Below, one piece after another: positions 19,040 to 29,424 of a DNA stretch of 64,000 bases. Origin of the DNA: an uncultured Pseudomonadota bacterium (GTDB lineage: Bacteria; Oederibacteriota; Muellerivitia; Muellerivitales; Muellerivitaceae); contig CAVYRH010000026.1 of assembly GCA_963770835.1 (NCBI GenBank), positions 512,001 through 576,000 of the forward strand, in the 5' to 3' direction. The translations under genes were made by a program, and so were the position numbers. Within the stretch, counting starts at the first letter, position 1; every line of letters starts with the position of its first letter. The notes under the pieces are model-generated. The model was not told the DNA's origin, did not search any database, and saw only the letters and a program-made list of their open reading frames with translations.

Positions 19040-20392
19040 ATGGCCATTCCTTTAGTGGCGGTCATTCTGGCGGCGGGTGACAGTACCCGCATGAACTCCA
19101 AAACCCCCAAGGTCCTCCACCCGGTGGCGGGGCAGCCCATGATCGAATATGCCCTTCAAAACGCCGAGGCCCTTTCCCCTTCCAAAATCCACGTGGTGGT
19201 CGGGGCCCAATCCCAGGAAGTTTCCCGCTACTTGGGGAAAAGGGCCGTCCCTTTCCTCCAAAAAAAGAGGCTCGGTACCGGCCACGCCGTGGCCCAGCTT
19301 TTGCCCCGGTTGAAATCCTTCAGGGGCCATGTGCTCATCCTTTACGCGGACGCCTGCCTGGTACGCCCCCAGACCGTCGTGGCCTTACGCCAATTCCACC
19401 TGTTGCAAAACGCCGCCGCCACCCTTTTGACTGCCCGGGTGGAGGAACCTTTCGGTTATGGGCGCATCGTCCGGGGCGACGGAGGGGAATTGGAAAGAAT
19501 CGTGGAGGAGACGGAAGCCACCGAGGAGGAGAGGCACATCAACGAAATCAACGGCGGCGTTTATCTTTTCAAATCCGAGGTCCTGGCTCCCGCCTTGAAA
19601 AACATCAAGCCCAAAAAAGGGAACAAGGAATATTACCTACCCGACGCCATTCCCCAAGTACTGGCGCGGGGGGGGAAGGTTCACGCCCTCATGGTGCCGG
19701 ACCGAACCGAAGTCCTGGGCGTCAACAACCGCGACCAAATGGCCCGAGCCCACCGGCTTTGGAACCTGCGGCGCGTGGAAGAGCACCAGCGCAACGGAGT
19801 GGCTTTCCTGAATGCTAAAACGGTCGAGATCGGGCCCCGCGTGACCATTGCCCGGGACACGGTCATCGAGGGCGGCGTCAAGCTGTCGGGGGATACGGCT
19901 GTCGACGAGGATTGCCGGATTGAATCCGGCAGCGTCATCGAATCCTCCCAGCTAGGGTGGGGGGTGGTGGTGCGCTCGTCGCGCATCATGGAAAGCCGGT
20001 TGGCGGATGGCTGCGACGCGGGGCCCTTTGCCCACGTGCGGGGTGGATGCGAATTGGGGAAAGGCGTACACGTGGGGACGAATACGGAACTCAAGAACGT
20101 CCGGATCGGTACCGGAAGCAAGGTGGGACATTTCTCCTACGTGGGGGACGCGGTTTTAGGAAAGGACGTCAATGTCGGTGCCGGCTGTGTTTTCGCCAAC
20201 TTTGACGGCAAAAACAAACACGAGTGCCGGGTTGGCGACAAGGTTTTCTTGGGAAGCAATTCCACCCTTGTCGCGCCGGTAATGATCGGCACCAAGGCGG
20301 TTGTCGGGGCTGGGGCTGTTGTCACGCGGAATGTGCCCGCAGGAGTGACGGTTGTTGGTGTTCCGGCAAAACCTTTCCCAAGAAAAAAATGA
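19040..20392 (+). CDS. glmU: Bifunctional UDP-GlcNAc pyrophosphorylase/glucosamine-1-P N-acetyltransferase
   Basis: VILAAGDSTRMNSKTPKVLH, LGTGHAV, GYGRIVR, EYYLPD, GVNNR, hexapeptide repeats, HFSYVGDA; upstream of prs. Confidence 0.94.
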   Translation: MAIPLVAVILAAGDSTRMNSKTPKVLHPVAGQPMIEYALQNAEALSPSKIHVVVGAQSQEVSRYLGKRAVPFLQKKRLGTGHAVAQLLPRLKSFRGHVLILYADACLVRPQTVVALRQFHLLQNAAATLLTARVEEPFGYGRIVRGDGGELERIVEETEATEEERHINEINGGVYLFKSEVLAPALKNIKPKKGNKEYYLPDAIPQVLARGGKVHALMVPDRTEVLGVNNRDQMARAHRLWNLRRVEEHQRNGVAFLNAKTVEIGPRVTIARDTVIEGGVKLSGDTAVDEDCRIESGSVIESSQLGWGVVVRSSRIMESRLADGCDAGPFAHVRGGCELGKGVHVGTNTELKNVRIGTGSKVGHFSYVGDAVLGKDVNVGAGCVFANFDGKNKHECRVGDKVFLGSNSTLVAPVMIGTKAVVGAGAVVTRNVPAGVTVVGVPAKPFPRKK

Positions 20393-20550
20393 AGGGCGAA
20401 GATTAAAACGTCTTGGTTGCCGCTTTGTTTCATTTGTGGTAAAAGATTGCCTCCGGTTTTCTCCAACACACTCTCCGACATCCTCGTCGCCTGGTTTCGA
20501 ATTGAAGGGTTATTCACCTTTTTGATGTCGGAAAACTAAAAGGAGCCATC

Positions 20551-21516
20551 ATGAGTCCGAAGGGCGTGGGGCCGAATGGGATGAAAATCTTTTGCGGGAC
20601 GGCCAATCCAGATCTGGCGAAGGATATCGCCAAGGCCCTCAATATTCCCCTGGGCGAGATCATGGTCAGCCGTTTTTCCGAGGGGGAAATCCGCGTCAAG
20701 ATCAACGAAGACGTCCGGGGCCGCGACATCTTCCTCATCCAGCCCACCTGCCCGCCCGTGAATGACAACGTCATCGAGCTTCTCATTATCCTGGACGCTT
20801 TCCGCCGGGCTTCCGCGCGGCGCATCACCGCTGTCCTCCCTTATTACGGCTACGCGCGGCAGGACCGCAAGGATCAGCCACGGGTGCCCATTACCGCCAA
20901 GCTGATGGCCAACATTATTACCGAGGCGGGGGCGGACCGGGTCCTGACAATGGACCTGCACGCCCAGCAGATACAGGGTTTTTTTGACATCCCCCTGGAT
21001 CACCTCTATGCCTTTCCGGTCATCGCCTCCCACTTCCGCAAGAAAAAGCTCAAAAACCTCACCGTGGTCTCGCCCGACGTGGGCGGCATTAAGATGGCCC
21101 GCGCCTACGCCAAGGGCCTGGACGCCGACCTAGCCATCGTGGACAAGCGCCGCACCGGCCCCAACGAGGTGGAGGCCATGAACCTGATCGGCGAGGTCAA
21201 GGGCCGCACGGTCCTCGTCCCGGACGACATGATCGCCACAGCGGGCTCGCTGGTGGAGGCCGTCAACGCCCTGGTCAAGTTCGGGGCGGGGGATATCTAC
21301 GCCTCCTGCACCCACGCCATTTTGTCGGGGAACGCCGTGGATAAGCTCAAAAAATCGGTCTTGAAAGAAGTCGTGGTTACGGATACCATTCCTATCCCCC
21401 GGGAGAAGCGGATCGATAAACTCACCGTCCTCCCGGTGGCCCCCCTTTTCGGGGAGGCGATCCTTCGAATCCACAACGAAGAGTCCATCAGTTCGTTGTT
21501 CAACGATGTGATCTAA
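20551..21516 (+). CDS. prs: Ribose-phosphate pyrophosphokinase
   Basis: FSEGEI, PYYGYARQDRK, DLHAQQIQGFF, VSPDVGG, DDMIATAGS; AAGGAG RBS. Confidence 0.97.
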   Translation: MSPKGVGPNGMKIFCGTANPDLAKDIAKALNIPLGEIMVSRFSEGEIRVKINEDVRGRDIFLIQPTCPPVNDNVIELLIILDAFRRASARRITAVLPYYGYARQDRKDQPRVPITAKLMANIITEAGADRVLTMDLHAQQIQGFFDIPLDHLYAFPVIASHFRKKKLKNLTVVSPDVGGIKMARAYAKGLDADLAIVDKRRTGPNEVEAMNLIGEVKGRTVLVPDDMIATAGSLVEAVNALVKFGAGDIYASCTHAILSGNAVDKLKKSVLKEVVVTDTIPIPREKRIDKLTVLPVAPLFGEAILRIHNEESISSLFNDVI

Positions 21517-21592
21517 ATAAAAACTAAAAAAAGAAACTTGGGTTCCGTGATTGCTGCGTCCGCGCGGTTACGCCCCAAGCGGGAGTCGAGCC

Positions 21593-22345
21593 ATGAAGCA
21601 GGTACCATTAGCCGCCAAAATTAGGACCATCCGGGGCAGCAGCCGCACGCGCCGCCTGCGGGCCGGGGGATTCATCCCCGCAGAGGTCTACGGGCATCAA
21701 GAACCCAACCAGTCCATCGAAGTCAATGAGAAGGAACTGACCCTCATCCTGGCCTCGGCCAAGGGCGACAACATTTTCTTCGCTTTGAACATCGAGGGGG
21801 CCAAGAGCAACGAACCGGTCCTGGCGGTCATCAAGGAAATCCAATACCACAAAATCAACAGCCGGGTGCTTCACGCGGACTTCCATAAAGTGAAGATGAA
21901 CGAGAAGATCCGCATCAGGATCCCCATCCGCATCCAAAACGCCGACACTTGCGAGGGCGTGAAGGAGGGTGGTGTGCTGCAGTCCTTCCTGCGCAGCCTG
22001 GAAGTCCAATGCTTGCCGACCCAGATACCGGATGCGATCCCCGTGGACGCGGCCCACTTGGCCGTCGGCCATTCGGTGCACGTATCCGACTTGAAACTGC
22101 CCGAGGGCGTCAAGGCTGTCATCCCCTCCGGCAACGTGGTAGTGTCCGTGGCCAAGCAGATGGCCGAGGAAGTCAAGGCTGTTGCGGCCCCCGTGGAAGG
22201 CGCCGCCGCCGCGCCTGTCGCCGGTGCTGGGGAGCCGGAAGTCATCACGGCCAAGAAGAAAGAAGAAGGCGAAGCCGGGGCCAAACCCGAAGCCGGGAAG
22301 GCAGACGCCAAAGCCGCCCCAGCCGCCAAGGCCGACAAGAAGTAA
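21593..22345 (+). CDS. rplY: 50S ribosomal protein L25/general stress protein Ctc
   Basis: RRLRAGGFIPAEVYG, EIQYH, LHADF, GVKEGGVL, HVSDL, Ala/Glu/Lys-rich tail; prs-rplY-pth synteny. Confidence 0.94.
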   Translation: MKQVPLAAKIRTIRGSSRTRRLRAGGFIPAEVYGHQEPNQSIEVNEKELTLILASAKGDNIFFALNIEGAKSNEPVLAVIKEIQYHKINSRVLHADFHKVKMNEKIRIRIPIRIQNADTCEGVKEGGVLQSFLRSLEVQCLPTQIPDAIPVDAAHLAVGHSVHVSDLKLPEGVKAVIPSGNVVVSVAKQMAEEVKAVAAPVEGAAAAPVAGAGEPEVITAKKKEEGEAGAKPEAGKADAKAAPAAKADKK

Positions 22346-22367
22346 ACCGGGGTATCCCCCTGTTCCC

Positions 22368-22406
22368 GAGGCCATCCAGGATTATTCCTGGGTGGCTTCT
22401 TTTTTT
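22368..22406 (+). terminator. Intrinsic terminator-like hairpin between rplY and pth
   Basis: GAGGCCATCCAGGA-ttat-TCCTGGGTGGCTTC stem followed by T7. Confidence 0.65.
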
Positions 22407-22417
22407 CGAGGCGACCC

Positions 22418-22993
22418 ATGTCCCCTGAAAACTGGCTGGTCGTGGGCCTGGGCAACCCAGGCGAAAACTACCGCTTCACCCGCCACAACGTGGGTTTCCG
22501 GGTGGTGGAAGCCCTCGTCTTGAAACGCAACGTCACCCTGCGCGAGAAGGACGAGGCCATCTTCGGCGGCTACTCCCTGGAAGGCCACGAGATCTTCCTC
22601 TTTTTCCCCCAAACCTTCATGAACGAATCAGGCCGGGCGGTGGCGCCCTTCGCCCGCTACCGCAACATCCCCGTCGAAAGAATCCTGGCCGTCTCCGACG
22701 ACCTGGACCTGCCTGTTGGAAAAATCCGCTTGAGACCCTCCGGCGGATCGGGGGGACACCATGGGTTGGATTCCCTGATCGCCCACCTAGGAAGCTCCGC
22801 TTTTCCCCGGCTCCGCATCGGCATCAGCAAACCTCCTTCACCCACCGAGGGCGCAAACCACGTTTTGGCGACCTTCACCCCCGAAGAAAAACCCAAGATG
22901 GAACAAGCCGTTGAACGGTCGCGGGACGGGGTCGAAACCTTTATACTGAAGGGGCCTGAAACCGGGATGAACGAGCTAAACCATGATGCCTAA
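22418..22993 (+). CDS. pth: Peptidyl-tRNA hydrolase
   Basis: VGLGNPG, TRHNVGF, PQTFMNESG, DDLDLP, GGSGGHHGL, RLRIGI. Confidence 0.96.
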   Translation: MSPENWLVVGLGNPGENYRFTRHNVGFRVVEALVLKRNVTLREKDEAIFGGYSLEGHEIFLFFPQTFMNESGRAVAPFARYRNIPVERILAVSDDLDLPVGKIRLRPSGGSGGHHGLDSLIAHLGSSAFPRLRIGISKPPSPTEGANHVLATFTPEEKPKMEQAVERSRDGVETFILKGPETGMNELNHDA

Positions 22994-23330
22994 AGTTAAA
23001 ATCCTCAATGTTCTTATCTGCCTCTTTGGGATGGCCCTGATGGGACGCATTTCAACCGTTTGGGCCGGGGAAAGCGGATCCTCCGCAACCTCATCGAAGG
23101 ATAGCTTGGAAAGTTCTGATACGGACGTGGACAAGGAAGTGGACAACGGCACGGACGACGACAAAAGCGACGCCAGTACGGACTCTAGCAAATTCCAAAA
23201 AGATTTGGACGACACCTATGACGATACCTCGGCGGATAAGGACGACTCCTACGACTCCAAATTCAAGCAAGACCAGGATAAAGACGACAAGGACACCGAT
23301 GTTTCTGATGGTACTTCGGATAACGGCTAA
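22983..23330 (+). CDS. Small secreted Asp/Ser/Lys-rich protein
   Basis: Signal peptide (LICLFGMALMGRISTVWA) followed by a very acidic low-complexity region; overlaps the pth stop. Confidence 0.65.
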   Translation: MMPKVKILNVLICLFGMALMGRISTVWAGESGSSATSSKDSLESSDTDVDKEVDNGTDDDKSDASTDSSKFQKDLDDTYDDTSADKDDSYDSKFKQDQDKDDKDTDVSDGTSDNG

Positions 23331-23516
23331 TCAAGCCCGACTCTTTTTTTACTCAAATTCGTGAGATGTTCAATCCCAAGTTAAACCCTCCTGATGGATC
23401 GCTTTTTTCCCTGGAATTCTTTACCATGAATTTGGTCGGAAGATTTTGGCCCAAAATGAAGGCCCAGACGTCTAAACCATTGGCCAAATGGCTCATTTTC
23501 CCTGGGGAGGTTTCTC

Positions 23517-24509
23517 ATGAAAGTTAAAGCCGGCTTTTATCCCATCCTGGCGGCTTTGCTTGCCTTATGGCCCCGCCCCTCAGACGCCGTGGACGACTCG
23601 GCGGCCAACTTGGTTGCCGAAGGTGGTATCAACCTCACCCAAATGACCGATGCCCTCAACCGGAAATACCCCAAGGAAAAGGAAGCCTTTTGGAACGTCT
23701 CGGGTATCGCCTACCATGATTTTTCCGGGGCTCCCCAGTCGGACGTCATCGTCGGCTTGTCCGGTTACCGCGACAAGGGCATGGTCTATAACAATGAAAA
23801 GCAACTGGTGGAGGACGCGGGGGCTGGGTTCGCTTATTTTCACCTCGAAAAGGACGAATGGAAGCTCCGGCAGGTGGAACTCGTGGAAGGAAAGCGATAC
23901 GAGGGTTTCGAGGGGGCCAATCTCATGGGATCGGGGGGAGACCAGTTGGTGATCTATACCTCCGACGGCAAGAAACAAATCGCCGCCGTCTACGGGATCG
24001 GAAAAAACAGGAACTTCGCCAAAATCGCGGTCATCACTGGCTACGGCTTGGGGCCGAGGGTAGCTTCAGAATCGGGCAAGCCCCTCATGGTGGATTTTCA
24101 ACCCGCTCTCATCAACAACCAGGACGACTGGGCCATTTATTTCGGAAGGGCTTATCCTTGGGACGGCAAAAAGTTCGTGAAACAAAACGACGATTTCCTT
24201 GACCATGTACAGGCCTTCGACCCGTTCCACTCCACGCCGGATGAAACCACTCAGGAGCTGGCTTTCTTTGAGGGCTATCTTTCAACCCATCCCGATGATT
24301 TTTGCACCCTGGCCAATTGTTATGAGCTCAGCAGCCGGATGGGTTTGAAGGAAAAAGCGGATGGATACCGAAAGAAACTGGCCCATGGGGACAGTTCCAT
24401 CGACTGCAAATATTGCGACGAATGGTTGATGGACAAGAACAAGGCGGGCCAGGAAGTTTATCTGGACGAAATCCTCGGCAAAAAAAAGTTACCCAAAAAC
24501 CAAGAGTAA
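23517..24509 (+). CDS. Hypothetical secreted protein
   Basis: GGGGAGG RBS, signal peptide, 330 aa, YPWDGKKF motif, short helical C-terminus with CxxC. Confidence 0.7.
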   Translation: MKVKAGFYPILAALLALWPRPSDAVDDSAANLVAEGGINLTQMTDALNRKYPKEKEAFWNVSGIAYHDFSGAPQSDVIVGLSGYRDKGMVYNNEKQLVEDAGAGFAYFHLEKDEWKLRQVELVEGKRYEGFEGANLMGSGGDQLVIYTSDGKKQIAAVYGIGKNRNFAKIAVITGYGLGPRVASESGKPLMVDFQPALINNQDDWAIYFGRAYPWDGKKFVKQNDDFLDHVQAFDPFHSTPDETTQELAFFEGYLSTHPDDFCTLANCYELSSRMGLKEKADGYRKKLAHGDSSIDCKYCDEWLMDKNKAGQEVYLDEILGKKKLPKNQE

Positions 24510-24584
24510 TCCCATCCCTTAACCGGTTTTTTCGCCCCCAAAACTTGAGAGCCTTCGCGCCCAACAGCCCTTCTTAAGTAAGCC

Positions 24585-27500
24585 CTACCGCTTCCGGTTT
24601 CTGGGCCTTAGTTTGGCGACTTTGTGGGATGGTTCATGATCCCCCTGGCCAATACCCTTGCCATGGTGTTCCTTGCGGCGTTCCAGGCCAGAAAAAAGGC
24701 TGTAAGCGCAGGGTACCACCACCAAGGTCAGGAGGGTCGAGAAGATGATCCCCCCAATGATGGCGACCGCCATAGGCTGGCGAAGTTCCGCGCCCGGGCC
24801 CAAGGCCATCGCGGCGGGCAAGGCCCCGGCCACCGTGGCCGAGGAAGTCATCAAAATGGCCCTTAAACGCACCGGACAAGCGTCCATCAGGGCCGCGTGA
24901 ACGTCCATGCCCTGGTGGCGCCGCTGGTTTGTGAAATCGACCAGCATGATGGAATTCTTCTTTACCAAACCCATCAGCAGGATGATCCCGATGATGCTGT
25001 AGATCCCCAGGCTTTGGGCAAAGAGCCACATCGAGAAGAAGGCCCCCGTCACTGAGAAGGGCAGGGCCAGCAGGATGACAACGGGGTGGATGAAACTGTT
25101 GAACTGGCTCGCCAAAACCATATAGGCCACCAAGATGCCCAGCGACATGACGAATATCAGCTGCGTCACTGAATCGGAGTTAGCCTGGGCGGAACCGGTC
25201 AACTGCACGTTATAACCCTCGGGCAGGATGCTCTTGCAGATGTTGACGGCTTCCTTGACCGCATCCTGTTGGGAGGTCCCGGCGCCCACCCCGGCCGTGA
25301 TGTAAACCGCCCTCTGGCGGTCATCGCGGAAAATCTGCTGGTAGGATGGCACCTGGACCAGGTCGGAAACGGCGGATATGGGGAGAACCTCGCCGCGGTT
25401 GTTGCGCACGTAAATCTGCTTGATCGCATCGGGACCCTTGCGCTGGTCCACGGGAACCCGGATGGCGATGGGGTTGTCGTGGCCGCCCTCGTGAAAATAA
25501 GTCCCCTCAAATTGGTAACCGCCGATGGTGGCGCTTACCACGCTTCCCAGGTCGTCCATGGCGACTCCCATAAGGGCGGCTTTGACACGGTTGGGAACAA
25601 TCCGCAATTCGGGCTGGCCGTCCAGGAAGTTGTCGTTATAGTCCGCCAATTTGGGGCTGGCGCGCATGGCCTTGCGGATTTTTTGAACGCAATCCGCCAG
25701 GGTGTCCCAGTCAGGGCCCATGACCATGAGTTCCACGGCGTAACCCTGGCCGGTGGACATACCCCTTTGGGAAAGATCCAGGCAGTAAACCTGCATGTCT
25801 GGCGAGACCTTGGCGATATTTTTACGCACCCAAGCCATGAACTCGAACTCCGTCAAGACCTGGGGAGTGGCTTTTCGCCACCAAGAGGTGATGAAGGCCA
25901 AAGGCCCGGTGGGCTTGAACTTCTCGGAGATATCTGCCTTGGGCCGGGCCCCGGGCTCTTTCATGGTGAGGAACATCACCGCCTGGTTGGGAGCCGAACC
26001 TCCGAACCCCCCCACGGGGGTGTAAATGTGCTTGATTTCACCCCTTGTTTTGACGATGGCCTCGCATTGGCGGACGATCTGGTCGGTGTGGTCCAGGGAA
26101 TAGGTGACGGGAAATTTCATGTTCACGATGAAGGCGCTTTGGTCGGTAGCAGGGCTGAAATTCACCGGGATGAGTTTCATCATAAAGAGGGAACCAGCGA
26201 AAACAAGGAACGAAGCCAGAACCACCTTCCATCGATTCTCCAAGGCCAACTGAAGAATCCGAGTGTAAGCCTTCCTCAACCGATCGAATTGGACATTAAC
26301 GAAATGGGCGAAACCGCTTTCCTTACCGCTTACGTGCACGAATTCACTGCAACGCATAGGGGTCAAGGTAATGGCTTCCAACAGGGAAATAAGCACGGCG
26401 CCCGAAAGGGTGACGCCGAATTGGAAGAAAAACTTGCCGATGATGCCCTGCATGAAGGCGATGGGCAAAAAGATGGCCACGATCGCGATGGAAGTGGCCA
26501 TGGCGGCAAAGGTGATCTCCCGTGCGCCCACCAGGGCGGCCTCGACTTGGCCCTCGCCTTTTTCCTGGTGGCGGACGATGTTTTCCAAAACCATGATGGC
26601 GTCGTCCACCACGACCCCGATGGAAAGGGAAAGGGCCATCAAGGTGAAGGTGTTGAGGTTGAAGCCGAAGAGACTCATGACCATGAAGGTCCCGAAGATC
26701 GAAGTGGGGATGGCCAGGAATACGTTGATGGTGGAGGACCAACTTCCCAGGAAAAGGAAACAGACACCCGCGGTCAGGAAAGTGGCCAGGAGGATGGTTA
26801 GTTCCAGCTCATGCACGTTGTCGGAAATGAACTTTGTGGTGTCGAAGTTGAGGTCCATGTGGTAGCCCTTGGGCAAGCCCTTGCGAACTTCCAGCATCCG
26901 GGCCTTGGCGGAGTTGCCGATATCCACGGCGTTGAATCCGTCCTGCATAACGATGCCCAAGCCCACGGCGGGAACTCCGTCGAAACGGGAAAGGCGGGTA
27001 ATGGGGGTCACGACGCCGTCCTCGATGGTGCCGATGTCCTTCAGGCGCGTCAGGGTATAGTTGGGGCTGCCTCCCCGGGTGATGACGGGAAGGTTGGCGA
27101 AATCGGGAACCGTATAGGCTTCGCCCATGACCCGGATGTTGTATTGGGTTAGGGGTGTTTCCAGGGACCCGGCGGGGGTTTCCATGTGCTGGTGCTGGAT
27201 AGTGTTGATGATGTCCTCGGCGGTCAGTTGCCGGGCGTTCATCTTATTGTTATCCACCCAGAAGTTGATCTCACGGTTCACAAAGCCGCCCAGGAAGACG
27301 TTGGCGACCCCGTTGAGGCTGGTGAACTTATCCTGGATGTGGTCGCGGCTGTAAAGCATCAGGTCCCGCAAGGTCAGCGGGGGGTCGGCGGTGACGGCGA
27401 ACCACAGAATGGGTGAGGCATTGGGGTTTTGCTTGCGGATGACCGGTGGAAAGACGTTGGTGGGAAGCTGTTTCTGAACCGAAAAGACCAGGGTTTGGAC

Positions 27501-27821
27501 GTCCTGGACGGCGGAGTCGACATTGCGGCTCAAATCGAGGAAAACCGTAGTATTGGCGTTGCCCTGGGTGCAGGTGGTCTGCACGTCCACGACGCCCTGG
27601 GCTCCCAAAACCGCCTGCTCGACGGGGTCGGCCACGTCTGATTCCACGACCTCGGGTGAGGCATTGGGCAGGGTGATGGAGATATTCACCACAGGGAAGT
27701 CCACGTCCGGTAGGTTGGAAACCCCCATGCGCATGAAGCAGATGAATCCGAAGATGATGAAGCCCGCCATGAGCATCCAGGCGAACACCGGATTGCGGAT
27801 GGATATGTCGGATAAAGTCAT
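24585..27821 (-). CDS. RND efflux transporter permease (AcrB/MdtC-like)
   Basis: ISIRNPVFA, LPDVDFP, GVVVDDAIMVLENI, GLVKKNSIMLVDF, RLRAILMTS; 1078 aa. Confidence 0.95.
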   Translation of the reverse strand: MTLSDISIRNPVFAWMLMAGFIIFGFICFMRMGVSNLPDVDFPVVNISITLPNASPEVVESDVADPVEQAVLGAQGVVDVQTTCTQGNANTTVFLDLSRNVDSAVQDVQTLVFSVQKQLPTNVFPPVIRKQNPNASPILWFAVTADPPLTLRDLMLYSRDHIQDKFTSLNGVANVFLGGFVNREINFWVDNNKMNARQLTAEDIINTIQHQHMETPAGSLETPLTQYNIRVMGEAYTVPDFANLPVITRGGSPNYTLTRLKDIGTIEDGVVTPITRLSRFDGVPAVGLGIVMQDGFNAVDIGNSAKARMLEVRKGLPKGYHMDLNFDTTKFISDNVHELELTILLATFLTAGVCFLFLGSWSSTINVFLAIPTSIFGTFMVMSLFGFNLNTFTLMALSLSIGVVVDDAIMVLENIVRHQEKGEGQVEAALVGAREITFAAMATSIAIVAIFLPIAFMQGIIGKFFFQFGVTLSGAVLISLLEAITLTPMRCSEFVHVSGKESGFAHFVNVQFDRLRKAYTRILQLALENRWKVVLASFLVFAGSLFMMKLIPVNFSPATDQSAFIVNMKFPVTYSLDHTDQIVRQCEAIVKTRGEIKHIYTPVGGFGGSAPNQAVMFLTMKEPGARPKADISEKFKPTGPLAFITSWWRKATPQVLTEFEFMAWVRKNIAKVSPDMQVYCLDLSQRGMSTGQGYAVELMVMGPDWDTLADCVQKIRKAMRASPKLADYNDNFLDGQPELRIVPNRVKAALMGVAMDDLGSVVSATIGGYQFEGTYFHEGGHDNPIAIRVPVDQRKGPDAIKQIYVRNNRGEVLPISAVSDLVQVPSYQQIFRDDRQRAVYITAGVGAGTSQQDAVKEAVNICKSILPEGYNVQLTGSAQANSDSVTQLIFVMSLGILVAYMVLASQFNSFIHPVVILLALPFSVTGAFFSMWLFAQSLGIYSIIGIILLMGLVKKNSIMLVDFTNQRRHQGMDVHAALMDACPVRLRAILMTSSATVAGALPAAMALGPGAELRQPMAVAIIGGIIFSTLLTLVVVPCAYSLFSGLERRKEHHGKGIGQGDHEPSHKVAKLRPRNRKR

Positions 27822-29242
27822 TTTTCAACTCCCTTAAACTTAAAACTACGAACTAAGAACCTCGAACTTACTTCGAAGTTTTGGGCAAGTTCGCCTGTGG
27901 CCACACCTAGCCATATCTGATCGTACAGGGTCTGGTACTTGGTCTTGATGTAGCTGACCTGGGTGTTTTCTAAAGAGGTCATCACCTGTAAAAGCTCCAA
28001 GTTCGTCGTCAGGTTCAGCCTTAAGTCATGCAGGACGTCCTGGTAATCCTGCTGGTAGGCGTCCACGGCTTTTTGGTAGGCGTCGGTTTCGCCCATGGAT
28101 TCCACCAGGCTTTTGTAGGCCTCGCGGATATCATCATGGGCCGTTCTCCGCAGGAGGGATAAGTTCATCTCCGCCTGGCGTTTCCGGGAGGCTGCCGCAT
28201 CCTCCTGGGCGACGACCTGGCCGCCCTCAAAGATAGGAAGCGAAGCCACCAGGCCAACGGTCCACACGTTGGTATCCGCGGGCTTATCGTAATCCAGGTA
28301 GTAATTACCTTCCGCGATAATGGTCGGCAGATGCAACCCATGGGCTGCTAACAATTGGGCGTCGGCTACCACCACGCTTGCGGCAGCGGCTTTGACATCA
28401 GGCCTGTTTTCCACCTCGGTTTGGGCCTCATCCGCGGAATAAGAGGGTGTGGAATAAGTCTCTTCCGAGGCGAGTTTTTGGTCGGGTTGGATGTTGGCCA
28501 GGGTGGCGAGGGTTTCCCGGGCCTGGGCCAACTGGTATTTGTCGTTTTCCAAGTCGGCCAGGACCTGCATGAGTTGGGCCTGGGTATTGGAAACGTCGGC
28601 GGTCCGGGAGCGGCCCATGACTTGCCATTGTTTTTCCAGGTCCAGGGTTTGCTGGTTTAAGTCCCTAGATTTTTCCAAGGCCTGCAAGGATTCCTCCAGC
28701 CCGAGAACGTTGTAATAGGCGTTGGCCACGTTCAAAAGCAATTGTTGGGATTGATAACGAAGGTTGTAGTCCTGAACGTCGACATTGGCTTCGGCACCCT
28801 CAAGGGCCGCCGGTTCGCTAAGTCCGGATAAAATCGTTTCGGAAGCCGATAAATAAGCCACGTCACTGGCGGGATTGAACAATGTATTTGGGGTACCGGT
28901 GCCAATATAACTTGGTGAAACCCATGTTTTGGACCCGTTCAGATAAACTTGTGGAAGGGCTGCTCCCACGGCCTGGGAATTCAAGGATTTAGCCTGTAGG
29001 ACATTTTCGGCGGATGCGGCGAGCGTTTCGGTGCGCTTGACCGCCAGAGCATAAACGTCCCATAGGTTCAATTGGGTTTTTTGGGCGGCGGTATCCGCCG
29101 CGTCCGGAGCTAGTCCTGTGACATCATGCAAGACAGGCTCGATTTTTCCCTCGCCCACCTTCACCGGTGCTTCGGCGCATCCGCAGATAAACGCCAACAA
29201 AAATCCCGAGGTTAAAATCGGGTAAAAGAAATTACGGGTCAA
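27818..29242 (-). CDS. TolC family outer-membrane efflux (lipo)protein
   Basis: AGGAGA RBS with TTG at 29242, lipobox-like AFICGC, NVANAYYNVL, ENRPDV, ASLPIFEGG; ATGA overlap with the RND gene. Confidence 0.88.
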   Translation of the reverse strand: MTRNFFYPILTSGFLLAFICGCAEAPVKVGEGKIEPVLHDVTGLAPDAADTAAQKTQLNLWDVYALAVKRTETLAASAENVLQAKSLNSQAVGAALPQVYLNGSKTWVSPSYIGTGTPNTLFNPASDVAYLSASETILSGLSEPAALEGAEANVDVQDYNLRYQSQQLLLNVANAYYNVLGLEESLQALEKSRDLNQQTLDLEKQWQVMGRSRTADVSNTQAQLMQVLADLENDKYQLAQARETLATLANIQPDQKLASEETYSTPSYSADEAQTEVENRPDVKAAAASVVVADAQLLAAHGLHLPTIIAEGNYYLDYDKPADTNVWTVGLVASLPIFEGGQVVAQEDAAASRKRQAEMNLSLLRRTAHDDIREAYKSLVESMGETDAYQKAVDAYQQDYQDVLHDLRLNLTTNLELLQVMTSLENTQVSYIKTKYQTLYDQIWLGVATGELAQNFEVSSRFLVRSFKFKGVEK

Positions 29243-29424
29243 AAAAGTTCTCCTGAATTGAAAATGAAAAACCGACGTGATACACCCGTTACCGTGGCAT
29301 GGGGACATTATGTTGATTCGTGGTGCGGTTTCAATAACGAACGGCTGAAAATCACGAAAGAACAAACGGGTTAAGAAATTATAAAGGACCCGGGCATCAA
29401 CGGAAATGCCAGATCACCTGGGAG

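Noticed and set aside
21517..21592. L25 autoregulatory leader RNA
   Set aside because: GC-rich and possibly structured, but I cannot support a match to a known family.
25269..26801. 510-aa ORF antisense to the RND gene (likewise 52953-54521, 55218-56549, 58087-59331, 58629-59924, 32009-32995)
   Set aside because: Shadow ORFs produced by GC-rich codon bias opposite well-supported genes; no motifs or RBS.
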